A DNA stretch of 64,000 nt. Origin: Chrysomallon squamiferum (Eukaryota > Animalia > Mollusca). The position numbers were made by a program, and so were the translations under genes. Shown here piece by piece: positions 1 to 13,012 of this stretch (its first letter is position 1; each line of letters starts with the position of its first letter). The notes beneath the pieces are model-generated. The model saw only the letters and a program-made list of their open reading frames with translations. It searched no databases and had not been told where the DNA came from. The stretch lies in NCBI GenBank assembly GCA_012295275.1, contig CM022667.1, positions 6,758,001 through 6,822,000 of the forward strand, written 5' to 3'.

Positions 1-480
1 ATACAAAAGATGGTATAAAAAAAAATAGAATGGAGTTCTTGTAACTATATATCAGTATCTTATATATACAAAAAATGATATAAAAAAAAAAAAAAAAAAA
101 AAATAGAATGGAGTTCTTGTAACTATATATCAGTATCTTATATATACAAAAAATGGTATAAAAAAAAATAGAATGGAGTTCTTGTAACTATATATCAGTA
201 TCTTATATATACAAAAGATGGTATAAAAAAAAATAGAATGGAGTTCTTGTAACTATATATCAGTATCTTATATATACAAAAGATGGTATAAAAAAAAAAA
301 TAGAATGGAGTTCGGTTGTAACTATATATCAGTATCTTATATATACAAAAAATGGTATAAAAAAAAATAGAATGGAGTTCTTGTAACTATATATCAGTAT
401 CTTATATATACAAAAGATGGTATAAAAAAAAATAGAATGGAGTTCTTGTAACTATATATCAGTATCTTATATATACAATA
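1..480. repeat. ~65-bp minisatellite with a variable poly(A) tract, downstream of ML gene A1
   Basis: About 7 tandem copies of ATACAAAAGATGGTAT(A)nTAGAATGGAGTTCTTGTAACTATATATCAGTATCTTATAT; runs off the window start. Confidence 0.95.
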
Positions 481-1292
481 AGCAATGACAGCGTTAGAGC
501 ACAGGATTAAAATAAAATAAAAATGAATAACAACATTATGTGGTTTTATCTGTAGACAGTATTAGCAAACTATAATTCCTTATCTGGAAAGAATAAATAA
601 CAATGACAATCTACAATAATAATGTAGGAGTGTTGTTAATAGGCAGCACTGGAAGCACTTTCAAATTATTTAAAATATACTCCAGTGTAAATACTGTTCA
701 TCCAGTCATTTGCTGCAAATGTTCAAATCAAAATTAATGATTATTTTGGAAACGAATCAAATTGACCAAATACCAATTAAACATTGTATTTTTAAAATTA
801 TCTTCTTTTTTTCCCCATCATTTATTAACAGCAACATATAATTTAATTTTAACCTTCTGTTTTTGTTTATAAACTATCACTGTTCATTAAAATTATTCTG
901 GGTTAATGCCATTTCAGTAAAGCTTTGTCCTATAAAAATGTGACAAGCTACTACAGATAATAAACATTTTAATTTTACAGAATGTAACAAAGTTCTGTTA
1001 TGTAAATAACGAAGGATTACTAATTAAGAATAAAATAAAATGCAAAAAGCACAAAATAACTTGAAAAGTAAAGATTAATAACAATTTTTAAATAAGTAAT
1101 AAAACAAAAGACACACAGGTAATTTTAGTACGTAAAAGGGGTAATTGTCTAATGATATTTAAAAATTAAAATCCTGTTTAAATACTAAATACAAATACTT
1201 TGTTAACAGTGTAACTAGTGTTACTAAACTTAGGAAGCTTTAGGAAATATTTTAAGTAAATTAAGATAATCAGAGAAAAACTGTTTGTTAGA

Positions 1293-4200
1293 TCAGTAAT
1301 GAATTTTAAATTTCAGTTCTGCACAAAGGAAGACAGCAGATTTCTCATCCAGAATTTTAGCTACTATCCTGTAGTTTGCCTGAAATAAATAAATAATAAT
1401 AATAGAAAATGATAATAGAACAATACAAAACTAACTATAATTAAAAAAAAAAAAAAAAAAAAAAAAATACAGAGAAAAACATTAAAAAAAACCCCAAAAC
1501 CCATGTGACACTTACCTATAGTGACACATAGAATAATCATAAATTTTACAATCTTTACGAGGTATTTTTGTTACTAAACGAATTTCAGGTAATTGTTTTT
1601 GTCATGAGGGAAACTATCCATACACAAAGAAATACAAATATTACAAACATACATAAACCCATCCATCCACCCATTTATTTATAATACATACACATGCCCA
1701 TGTGCGATACATATGCATATATGATTGGTGATATTTTGTCTGCTATGTAAAATTATTATTAAATATTTATGCTGTACTTACAGTTGGTAAGGCGCTGATA
1801 TCCGGAATAGAACGTGAACCACTTATTTGTTCTGAAACAAAAATATTTAATTTGAAATGAAATAAATAAATATACAAAACTAAAACCAAAAATTAGTTCA
1901 ACTAACAGTCTTACATTTATAAACTGTTGCTTTTTGTTTTTTCAGTCATTGTTATGAATTACATGTTTTACACACATTTGTAAAGTAAGATTAAAACTGA
2001 ATATTTATTTTATTAGTTATTTAGAATGGTATTTGTGACTTTATGTATTATTGTGTTGTTGTTTTTTTGGTGAATTATAAAATTAAAAATGTTTTTTTAA
2101 TAGTGGGTGTCAGATTAATGTTGTTTTAATTATACACACCACCCTTTTTAATGGGACACTTCTTTCCGATGTTGGCCAGTTTTTTACACAAATCATATTT
2201 GTACTCAACAACAGGAGTTCCATCCATGTACATCATAACATCAATAGTTCCACTCTTGAGGTCAGCAGCTAGCAACACCCGAATTTTTTTTTTTTTAAAT
2301 TAAAAAATTAAAAAATTAAATAAAATTTAAAAAACAAATGCAAAAACAAAAACACTATAGAAATAGACAATACAAATTTCACTCAGGTGATGTAATATGT
2401 TCAAGATCTTGCTGCAGATCCATCTTGGTGGAGGTTGAAAGTTCCACCTGTGTGTTCTAAAAGTAGCCGGTATGTGTTCCAGCTGTGTTCTGTCAATATC
2501 CAATATGTGTTCCACCTGTGTGTTCTAACAGTACCCAGTGTGTGTTCCGGCTGTGTTCTGACAGTATCCAGTGTGTGTTCCGGCTGTGTTCTGACAGTAG
2601 CCAGTATGTGTTCCGGCTGTGTTCTGTCAGTAGTCAGTATGTGTTCCAGCTGTGTGTTCTCTCAGTAGCCAGTGTGTGTTCTGGCTGTGTTCTGACAGTA
2701 GCCTGAGTGTGTTCCGGCTGTGTTCTGACAGTAGCCTGAGTGTGTTCCGGCTGTGTTCTGACAGTAGCCTGAGTGTGTTCCGGCTGTGTTCTGACAGTAG
2801 CCAGTATGTGTTCCGGCTGTGTTCTGACGGTAGCCAGTATGTGTTCCGGCTGTGTGTTCTCTCAGTAGCCAGTGTGTGTTCCGGCTGTGTTCTGACAGTA
2901 GCCAGAGTGTGTTCTGACAGTAGTCAGAGTGTGTTCCGGCTGTGTTCTGACGGTAGTCAGTATGTGTTCCGGTTGTGTTCTGACAGTAGCCAGAGTGTGT
3001 TCCGGCTGTGTTCTGACGGTAGTCAGTAACTGTTCTGGCTCTGTTCTGTCAGTAGCCAGTGTGTGTTACATTTATTTATCTTGTTATTATAACACACTTA
3101 GTAACAACTGACTGTGAGAAGGAAATGGGGATGTAGTAATGTTTGGTAGAAAGTTCTCCTGCACTGCAGATTTCTCACAGTTTTAAACCTCAAACCAAGC
3201 ATTCAAACACTGAGGTGTCACAACCTGTTAAAATCAGTATTTGTGGACAACTGTTCTTAGACAGTGCAAAGATCTCATGCATGAACAGCCAGAGTGAATT
3301 CCCTAGTAATATGTACACCAATCAGTATTTCACCTTAAATATACTACTTCAAATCTGAGAAGAAAAAGTTGAGTAAAATTATTCAGTAAAGTTTGTTTGA
3401 CAAAATAATTTTTAAAAATTTAAACTATCAGATCTTCATTTATATTTATCATAATACTGATATGAGAAACAAATGTCAAGTGAAAACTTGTGCAATTTAA
3501 ATATGAATTTAAATATTATGAAATGTTTTTTTTTTTAATTTTTATAATTATTATTACTATAAAGTAAACTTACCTGAAATCACATTGAAATTAACTGTAA
3601 CGCTTTCAGAAACCTTTGGGTTTGCAGGTTCCCAGGTGATTGTAAAATTCTGAGATGGTGGTCCTGTATAATTTTAAAATAGCACTTTAGTCTTGTCTAT
3701 AGTCTGTTTGATTGATTACAGAAATAATACACAGCAACAAAAACTAAAAACAAATTATGTATATATTAAAATTACAAATTTCAAGACCATTATAAAATAG
3801 TATGTTTTCTGTCATCAATTACAGGATGTCGGTTTTGGTTTAATGACATCATTGGGGTACACTGGTTAAGTTTCTGTCAGTATCTGTTTGGATCTGAAAT
3901 CTTTGTGTAATGACATCACTATAAACTAAAGCACTGGTTGTAATTTCTGTAACTAATAATTATCACTGAATGTTAGAATGTTTTAATTCCAATATAATTA
4001 TATTAATGAGATTGTCGATTCAGAAGTCATGAGTTGCCTGAGATGAGGACTCAACCATAGCTATATCTCACCACATAAACAGTTTGATATATCAGTAAAA
4101 CTCACCACAGTTTGTAGCATGTCCCTGGTCATCTGCAGGTGCTAATGGTCTTTCAAGTGAATGAAATCGTATCATACTTTTCAGAAATCTGTCTTTGTCA

Positions 4201-4382
4201 CCAGCAAGATTTTCCTTAACAAACTGAAGCTCATCAGAACTAAATATTTCCTTCAAGATATCTTTTGCCTCCCCACTCTCTGCTGTTTTCTGCAGCAAAC
4301 GTGGTAGTTTTTTCAGATTCCAAAATGCTGTTGTGTTTGATAAACTCAGTATGGTCAAAACAAGGAAGAAAATATTCTTCAT
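1293..4382 (-). CDS. Secreted ML-domain (MD-2-related lipid-recognition / NPC2-like) protein, copy A1, 210 aa
   Basis: Five GT-AG exons in consistent phase: 4382-4106, 3663-3574, 2268-2140, 1831-1782, 1379-1293 (633 nt, TGA). Signal peptide MKNIFFLVLTILSLSNTTA, a ~65-aa pro-like region, then HATNCGPPSQNFTITWEPANPK...YDLCKKLANIGKKCPIKKGEQ...YRIVAKILDEKSAVFLCAELKF with the 4-Cys ML pattern (C, DLC, CPI, FLC). Confidence 0.85.
2445..3065. repeat. ~33-bp intronic minisatellite (intron 2 of ML-A1)
   Basis: Tandem CCAGTATGTGTTCCGGCTGTGTTCTGACAGTAG variants. Confidence 0.95.
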
Positions 4383-5955
4383 TTTGTATTACTTTTTAAC
4401 ACACACTGGAAAACAAGAAGAAAAGAAGTTATCATAATAATAAAATCTAGAATAACATAAAAAATGAGGATGTTATATAAAATAAATGTTTTACTCATTT
4501 AAATGATTTACAAAAAAAAAATAAAAAAAATAAATAATAATAATAATAAATAAATAAATATAAAATAATTAAAAAAATAATAATAAGAAAAAAAAAGAAA
4601 AATAATTAAAAAAATAATAATAAGAAAAAAAAAGAGAAATCGAAATGGATCAGTGTGATGGTAGATAAAACCTTGTACATCGATGTGGGATAACAAAAAC
4701 TAGGATTTATAATTATCACAACTTTTATCGTTGTTATCTTTTTCGACAAACTCCTACTTTGTGTTTTTTTCACAACCATTTACTATAACATCAAGTTGAT
4801 CGACTTTACTATAACATCAAGCTGATCGAAATTCTTACGTCAAAACAAAAGCGAAAACTTTAGTTCGACGACTGACACGAGAATTTCGATGCAGTTACGT
4901 TTAATAGTCATAATTTGTAAAACTTCGATAGCTACATTTATTTTATTTACACATTGATTGTAAAATGTTAAAACAAACCTGAAAGAAGAACAAATTCAAA
5001 GTTTCATTTACAAGAAATACTTCCTGCATTTAACTAATGAGGAAACTTTATAAATAAAACCTTCCTGGTTGGACTAGTTGCTTCCCTTCGTTGGTTGGAC
5101 TAGTTGTTTCCCTTCGTTGATCTTATGTACTAGTTAAATATATTACTGAAAGCAGTAGTAAAATAGAACAGGTCAGCGCATGTTATCCACAATAAAATAA
5201 ATCTTCAAACTTCATGTAAAATCGCAATTAATTTTCATTTTCGTCACTAATAGAATATTGGAAAAACTATCTCTTTTAATTTTAAGAAGTAATTTAATTC
5301 AAATAAATTGTTTATCAACAAGTTACAATAAACAGTAGATTTTACACTGCCTGTGATAGGTCTGTTAATGGCGTATTATGTAAATTACATGGGAAATTAG
5401 CCCATGGATAAACTAAAAACGAGCACAAATAGAAAAGATACACGCTTGAATTTACGTAGCTGTTTTTATTTAAAAAAAATTAAATTCATGTACACACCTG
5501 TAAAAAGATGTTATCAGGAAAATTTCATTATTAATAAAAAAGAAACAAAAAATAAATAATATAATAATGTAATAACAACAATAAATAAATCTCATATTGC
5601 TGAAGAAAAAGATATAGTCATAAAAATTGTTCATTGTTAAATATATTACTACTGCTAATAAATGTTTATCTGCAGATAATTATTAATTTACTATCACAAC
5701 AATAAATGAATAAATTAATAATTGATTAAATGAACAGGTAACTTTTAGAAAATAATACTATCTCTGACAACCCAACACTCATCAGTAGTAAAACATAAAA
5801 GTCCTTTTTTATCAAAGAAAACATCAAACACCATTTGACAAAACAGCATTTGTAAGTTTGTAAGTTGTGTACACATTGTTGCGATTGTATCGTTGTATGT
5901 TTACGTTTGCCAATGTGGCGTCTGCTAATATCAACTCTTTTCCCTGTACTCTTAC

Positions 5956-6223
5956 CACAGTTTACTGCATGACCTGGTTCAGCTGAAACACCTGAAGATG
6001 TCTGAAGTATTCCAACACGCAGAATATTTTCCAAAAAATTAGCTTCTTCGTTTACACTGTTCTCATTCGAGTGATGTGCATTCCACATTTTATCAATGAT
6101 TTTCCTTGGTTCTTCATTTTTGATCACGTTGTGTACAAGATCAGGTAGTTGGTTCAGCCTCCAGAAAGCCTCAAAGATGGACAAACACGCCAGAAACAGA
6201 AAACTGAGTAGAATCTTTGACAT
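5956..6223 (-). pseudogene. Orphan first coding exon of ML paralog B (B1): signal peptide plus pro-region; its own exons 2-5 are deleted
   Basis: 268-nt open exon MSKILLSFLFLACLSIFEAFWRLNQLPDLV...AEPGHAVNC, matching 16623-16890 (10 aa differences), with intact phase-1 GTAAG donor at 5955-5951. No B exons 2-5 lie between it and A1. Confidence 0.75.
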
Positions 6224-7302
6224 TTTTTCCCCTGGAAACTGTTGTATGCAGATAGCTTTTTATCTACAAAGAAAAAGTGATAATAAATAAATAAATAAAT
6301 AATTAAATGAAAAAATTTATAATCAATATAAAAACCAAAAATAAGAAAAATAATGTAAAAAAACCCCACAAAAAAAACCCCAACATTCCTATTCCTAGTC
6401 AGTACCGAGGATAAAACAAAAGCTATTCATTAGCAAAACTTTAATAATAATGTTTATGTATAGGAGTGTTTGGAAAACGTTTTTGTGTAAATCTAATAGT
6501 TAGTTAGTAAGTCGTCTGCCGTTTTAAATTTAATAATAGAACTTTCAAGTTTCAGCAGACGACGTGTATCAAAACCGGAAAATTATTTCATTAATTTTAA
6601 TGAATATTTTAATAATAATAAATAAATTAATAAATAACTAAATGCAAATTCAGAAATTGTTATGTAAATATTTTATTTTTATTTATTTTTGTCTGATGAT
6701 TAAAATTAATTAGAATTTGGGAAAAGTTAAATAAATATTTTTAATCTATCTATCTATCTATCTACACAGTCTGTGACTGACTTGCAAAAAAGATGTAGTG
6801 TTACCTAGATGAGAAATAGAATTAAAGTGAAATTACATATCTACGTTGCCTCTGGAGCAAACTGGGAATGTGTCTGTCTTTTGCATAGTACCTCTTCAGT
6901 TTTTCAAGACTAATGTTTATGTATATCTGTATGTGACAAAGTTTATCTTTATGAATTAAGTACCTGACAGAACTGACTTTGCTGCTGACCTCTACCATCA
7001 GCTCACATTGAAATAATAAGATTGGTCCGTACTGATAAGAAGTTTATTTTTGTGCTAACACACCTTTTTAATTATACTTTTCATACTTTGACAAGTCTCT
7101 TCTGATTAATGTTAACGTTTTTATTTGATGCTATTCAGGTTTTTTTTTAATAATCCCTATAAGTCTTACCGGGTTTGTTCAGTAAACCCATTTCCATTCC
7201 TGACTAGTGTTGACGTGGTTTTACATTTAATCATTAAACTGAAAAGGTTAATTAGAAAAAACACCAAAACAAATATTATAAAATTTGTTTTATTATGAAA
7301 AT

Positions 7303-7900
7303 CCAAAAGATGGTATAAAAAAAAATAGAATAGAGTTCTTGTAACTATATATCAGTATCTTATATATACAAAAGATGGTATAAAAAAAATAGAATAGAGT
7401 TCTTGTAACTATATATCAGTATCTTATATATACAAAAGATGGTATAAAAAAAAAATAGAATGGAGTTCTTGTAACTATATATCAGTATCTTATATATACA
7501 AAAGATGGTATAAAAAAAAAATAGAATGGAGTTCTTGTAACTATATATCAGTATCTTATATATACAAAAGATGGTATAAAAAAAAAATAGAATGGAGTTC
7601 TTGTAACTATATATCAGTATCTTATATATACAAAAGATGGTATAAAAAAAAAAAAGAAGAATGGAGTTCTTGTAACTATATATCAGTATCTTATATATAC
7701 AAAAGATGGTATAAAAAAAAAAATAGAATGGAGTTCTTGTAACTATATATCAGTATCTTATATATACAAAAAATGGTATAAAAAAAAAAAGAATGGAGTT
7801 CTTGTAACTATATATCAGTATCTTATATATACAAAAAATGGTATAAAAAAAAATAGAATGGAGTTCTTGTAACTATATATCAGTATCTTATATATACAAT
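7303..7900. repeat. ~65-bp minisatellite (paralog of 1-480)
   Basis: About 9 copies of the same unit, downstream of ML-A2. Confidence 0.95.
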
Positions 7901-8692
7901 AAGCAATGACAACGTTAGAGCACAGGATTAAAATAAAATAAAAATGAATAACAACATTATGTGGTTTTATCTGTAGACAGTATTAGCAAACTATAATTCC
8001 TTATCTGGAAAGAATAAATAACAATGACAACCTACAATAATAATGTAGGAATGTAGTTAATAGGCAGTACTGGAAGCACTTTCAAATTGTTTAAGATATA
8101 ATCCAGTGTAAATACTGTTCATCCAGTCATTTGCTGCAAATGTTCAAATCAAAATTAATAATTATTTTGGAAACGAATCAAATTGACCAAATACCAATTA
8201 AACATTGTATTTTTAAAATTATCTTCTTTTTTTCCCCCTCATTTATTAACAGCCACATATAATTTAATTTTAACTTTCTGTTTTTATTTATAAACTATCA
8301 CTGTTCATTAAAATTATTCTGGGTTAATGTCATTTCAGTAAAGCATTCTCCTATAAAAATGTGACAAGCTACTACAGATAATAAACATTTTAATTTTACA
8401 GAATGTTACAAAGTTCTGTTATGTAAATAACGAAGGATTACTAATTAAGAATAAAATAAAATGCAAAAAGCACAAAATAACTTGAAAAGTAAAGATTAAT
8501 AAAACAAAAGACACACAGGTAATTTTAGTACGTAAAAGGGGTAATTGTCTAATGATATTTAAAAATTAAAATCCTGTTTAAATACTAAATACAAATACTT
8601 TGTTAACAGTGTAACTAGTGTTACTAAACTTGGGAAGCTTTAGGAAATATTTTAAGTAAATTAAGATAATCAGAGAAAAACTGTTTGTTAGA

Positions 8693-11600
8693 TCAGTAAT
8701 GAATTTTAAATTTCAGTTCTGCACAAAGGAAGACAGCAGATTTCTCATCCAGAATTTTAGCTACTATCCTGTAGTTTGCCTGAAATAAATAAATAATAAT
8801 AATAATAAAATAATAATAGAACAATACAAAACTAACTAAAATTAATTTAAGAAAAAAAAAAAAAAAATTAAAACAATACAGAGAAAAACATTAAAAAAAA
8901 ACCAAAACCCATGTGAAACTTACCTATAGTGACACATAGAATAATCATAAATTTTACAATCTTTACGAGGTATTTTTTTAGTAAAAGAATTTCAGGTAAT
9001 TGTTTTTGTCATGAGGGGAACTATCCATACACAAAGAAATACAAATATTACAAACATACATAAACCCATCCATCCACCCATTTATTTATAATATATACAC
9101 ATGCCCATCTGCGATACATATGCATATATGATTGGTGATATTTTGTTTGCTATGTAAAATTATAATTAAATATTTATGCTGTACTTACAGTTGGAAATTC
9201 GCTGATATCCGGAACAGTACGTGAACCACTTATTTGTTCTGAAACATACAGATTTACTTTGAAATGAAATAAATAAATAATACAAAACTAAAACCAAAAA
9301 TTAGTTCAACTAACAGTCCTACATTTATAAACTGATGCTTTTTTTTTTTTTTTCAGTCATTGTTATGAATTACATGTTTTACACACGTTTGTAAAGAAAG
9401 ATTAAAACTGAATATTTATTTTTACTAGTTATTTAGAATGGTATTTGTGACTTTATGTATTATTGTTTTGGGTTGGTTTTTTTTTTTTTTGGTACATTAT
9501 AAAATATTAAAATTTATTTATAATAGTGGGTGTCAGATTAATGTTGTTTTAATTATACATACCGCCCTTTTTAATGGGACACTTCTTTCCTATGCTGGGC
9601 AGTTTTTTGCACAAATCGAATTTGTACTCAATAATAGGAGTTCCTTCCATGTACATCATAACATCAATAGTTCCACTCTTGACATCAGCAGCTGACAACC
9701 CCCCCCAAAAAAAGAAATAAAAAAATTTAAAAAATTTAAAAATTAATAAAATTTTAAAAAAGCAAATACAAAAACAAAAACAGTAGAGAAATAGACAACA
9801 CAAATTTCACTGAGGTGATGTAGCATGTTCGAAATCTTGCTGCAGATCCATCTTGATGGATGTTGAAAGTTCCTCCTGTATGTTCTAACAGTAGCTGGTA
9901 TGTGTTTCAGCTGTATGTTCTGTCAGTATCCAGTATGTGTTTCAGCTGTGTGTTCTAACAGTATCCAGTATGTGTTCCAGCTGTGTTCTATCAGTATCCA
10001 GTATGTGTTCCAGCTGTGTTCTATCAGTATCCAGTATGTGTTCCAGCTGTGTACTATCAGTATCCAGTATGTGTTCCAGCTGTGTGTTCTAACAGTATCC
10101 AGTATGTGTTCCAGCTGTGTGTTCTAACAGTATCCAGTATGTGTTTCAGCTGTGTGTTCTATCAGTATCCAGTATGTGTTCCAGCTGTGTACTATCAGTA
10201 GCCAGTATGTGTTCCAGCTGTGTACTATCAGTAGCCAGTATGTGTTCCAGCTGTGTGTTCTATCAGTATCCAGTATGTGTTCCAGCTGTGTGTTCTAACA
10301 GTATCCAGTATGTGTTCCAGCTGTGTGTTCTAACAGTATCCAGTATGTGTTCCAGCTGTGTACTATCAGTAGCCAGTATGTGTTCCAGCTGTGTACTATC
10401 AGTATCCAGTATGTGTTCCAGCTGTGTACTATCAGTAGCCAGTATGTGTTCCAGCTGTGTATTCTATCAGTAGCCAGTATGTGTTCCAGCTGTGTACTAT
10501 CAGTATCCAGTATGTGTTCCAGCTGTGTGTTCTAACAGTATCCAGTATGTGTTCCAGCTGTGTGTTCTATCAGTATCCAGTATGTGTTCCAGCTGTGTTC
10601 TATCAGTAGCCAGTATGTGTTCCAGCTGTGTACTATCAGTATCCAGTATGTGTTCCAGCTGTGTACTATCAGTAGCCAGTATGTGTTCCAGCTGTGTACT
10701 ATCAGTATCCAGTATGTGTTCCAGCTGTGTGTTCTAACAGTATCCAGTATGTGTTTCAGCTGTGTGTTCTATCAGTATCCAGTATGTGTTCCAGCTGTGT
10801 ACTATCAGTAGCCAGTATGTGTTCCAGCTGTGTACTATCAGTAGCCAGTATGTGTTCCAGCTGTGTACTATCAGTAGCCAGTATGTGTTCCAGCTGTGTG
10901 TTCTAACAGTATCCAGTATGTGTTCCAGCTGTGTGTTCTAACAGTATCCAGTATGTGTTCCAGCTGTGTATTCTGTCAGTAGCCAGTATCTGTTCCAGCT
11001 GTGTTCTGTCAGTAGCCAGTATGTGTTCCAGCTGTGTTCTATCAGTAGCCAGTATGTGTTCCACCTGTGTATTCTGTCAGTAGCCAGTATGTGTTCCACT
11101 GTTCTGTCAGTAGCCAGTATGTGTTCCACCTGTGTATTCTGTCAGTAGCCAGTATCTGTTCCAGCTGTGTTCTGTCAGTATCCAGTATGTGTTCCACCTG
11201 TGTATTCTGTCAGTAGCCAGTATCTGTTCCAGCTGTGTTCTGTCAGTATCCAGTATGTGTTCCACCTGTGTATTCTGTCAGTAGCCAGTATCTGTTCCAG
11301 CTGTGTTCTGTCAGTATCCAGTATGTGTTCCACCTGTGTATTCTGTCAGTAGCCAGTGTGTGTTACAGTTATTTATCTTGTTATTATAACACACTTAGTA
11401 ACAACTGACTGTGAGAAAGAAATGGGGATGTAGTAATGTTTGGTAGAAAGTTCTCCTACACTGCAGATTTCTCACAGTTTTTAAACCTCAAACCAAGCAT
11501 TCTAACACTGAGGTGTCACAACCTGTTAAAATCAGTATCTCTGGACAACTGTTCTTAGACAGTGCAAAGATCTCATACATGAACAGCCAGAGTGAATTCC

Positions 11601-12781
11601 CTAGTAATATGTACACCAATCAGTATTTCACTTTAAGTATACTAGTTCAAATCTGAGAAGAAAAAGTTGAGTAAAATTATTCAGTAAAGTTTTTTTGATT
11701 AAATAATTTTTAAAAATTTAAACTGTCAGATCTTCATTATATTTATCATAATAGTGATATGAGAAACAAATGTCAAGTAAAAACTTGTGCAATTTAAATA
11801 TGAATTTAAATATTATCAAATTTTTTATATTGTTTTATAATTATTATTACTGAAAAGTAAACTTACCTGAAATCACATTTAAATAAACTAGAACACTATC
11901 AGAAACCTTTGGGTTTGCAGGTTCCCAGGTGATTGTAAAATTGTGAGATGGTGGTCCTGTAAAATTTTAAAATAGCACTTTAGCCTGGAGTATAGTCTGT
12001 TTGATTGATCACAGAAATAATACACAGCAAGAAAAAATGAAAAACAAAATATATATATATATATATTAAAATTACAAATTTCAAGACTATTTCCAAAATA
12101 GTATGTTTTCTGTCATCAATTACAGGATGTCAGTTTTGGTTTAATGACATCATTAGGGTACACTGGTTAAGTTTCTGTCAGTATCTGTTTGGATGTGAAA
12201 TGTTTGTGTAATGACATCACTATGAACTGAAGCTCTGGTTGTAATTTCTGTCACTAATAATTATTACTGAATGTTAGAATGTTTTAATTCCTACATATTT
12301 CCACTGATTAAGAGAAAATTTACTTTATTTCTATTAACAAATTGTTTATAAATTCTGTCTCGCAGTACATAATTATATTAATGAGATTGTCGATTCAGAA
12401 GTCATGAGTTGCTGGTTAGGCTGTGAAATGACACAGTCTGCCTGAGATGAGGACTGAACCATAGCTATATCTCACCACATACAGTTTGATATATCAGTAA
12501 AACTCACCACAGTTTGTGGCATGTCCCTGGTCATGTGCAGGTGCTAATGGTCTTTCACGTGAATGAAATCGTATCATACTTTTCAGAAATCTGTCCTTGT
12601 CATCAGCAAGATTTTCCTTAACAAACTGAAGTTCATCAGAACTAAATATTTCCTTCAAGATATCTTTTGCCTCCTCACTCTCTGCTGTTTTCTGCAGCAG
12701 ACGTAGTTTTTTCAGATTCCAAAATGCTGTTGTGTTTGATAAACTCAGTATGGTCAAAACAAGGAAGAAAATATTCTTCAT
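8693..12781 (-). CDS. Secreted ML-domain (NPC2/MD-2-like) protein, copy A2, 209 aa
   Basis: Exons 12781-12508, 11956-11867, 9691-9563, 9238-9189, 8779-8693; same phases and sizes as A1 except a 3-nt deletion in exon 1; open frame to TGA. Confidence 0.85.
9870..11362. repeat. ~33-35-bp intronic minisatellite (intron 2 of ML-A2)
   Basis: More than 40 copies of CCAGTATGTGTTCCAGCTGTGTACTATCAGTA(G/T) variants. Confidence 0.95.
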
Positions 12782-12951
12782 TTTGTACTACTTTTTAACA
12801 CAACACTGGAAAACAAGAAGAAAAGAAGTTATCATACTAAAAAAAATCTAGAACAACATAAAAAGAATGAGGATGTTATATAAAATAAATGTTTTACTCA
12901 TTTAAATGATTTACAACAAAAATAAATAATAAATTAATTAATAAATTAATA

Positions 12952-13012
<61 letters not shown>

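Larger units (their letters stand above)
1..6392. repeat. Segmental tandem duplicate of ~7300-17043, with an internal ~2.3 kb deletion
   Basis: Colinear near-identity of exons, introns and flanks, e.g. 481 AGCAATGACAGCGTTAGAGC vs 7902 AGCAATGACAACGTTAGAGC. At ~5500 the sequence jumps from the equivalent of ~13938 to 16221 (TAAAAAGATGTTATCAGGAA). Similarity ends at AACATTCCTATT (~6392 vs ~17042). Confidence 0.9.

Noticed and set aside
5726-6223. 165-aa ORF as a complete single-exon gene
   Set aside because: The portion after NCG reads through the GTAAG donor into intron sequence; the paralogous ORF (16567-16890) stops at a different place.
2327-11352. Many Cys/Val/Ser-rich ORFs (e.g. MCSSCVLSVAS..., metallothionein-looking)
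   Set aside because: They are translations of the 33-bp intronic minisatellites in several frames on both strands, with no splice or Kozak context.
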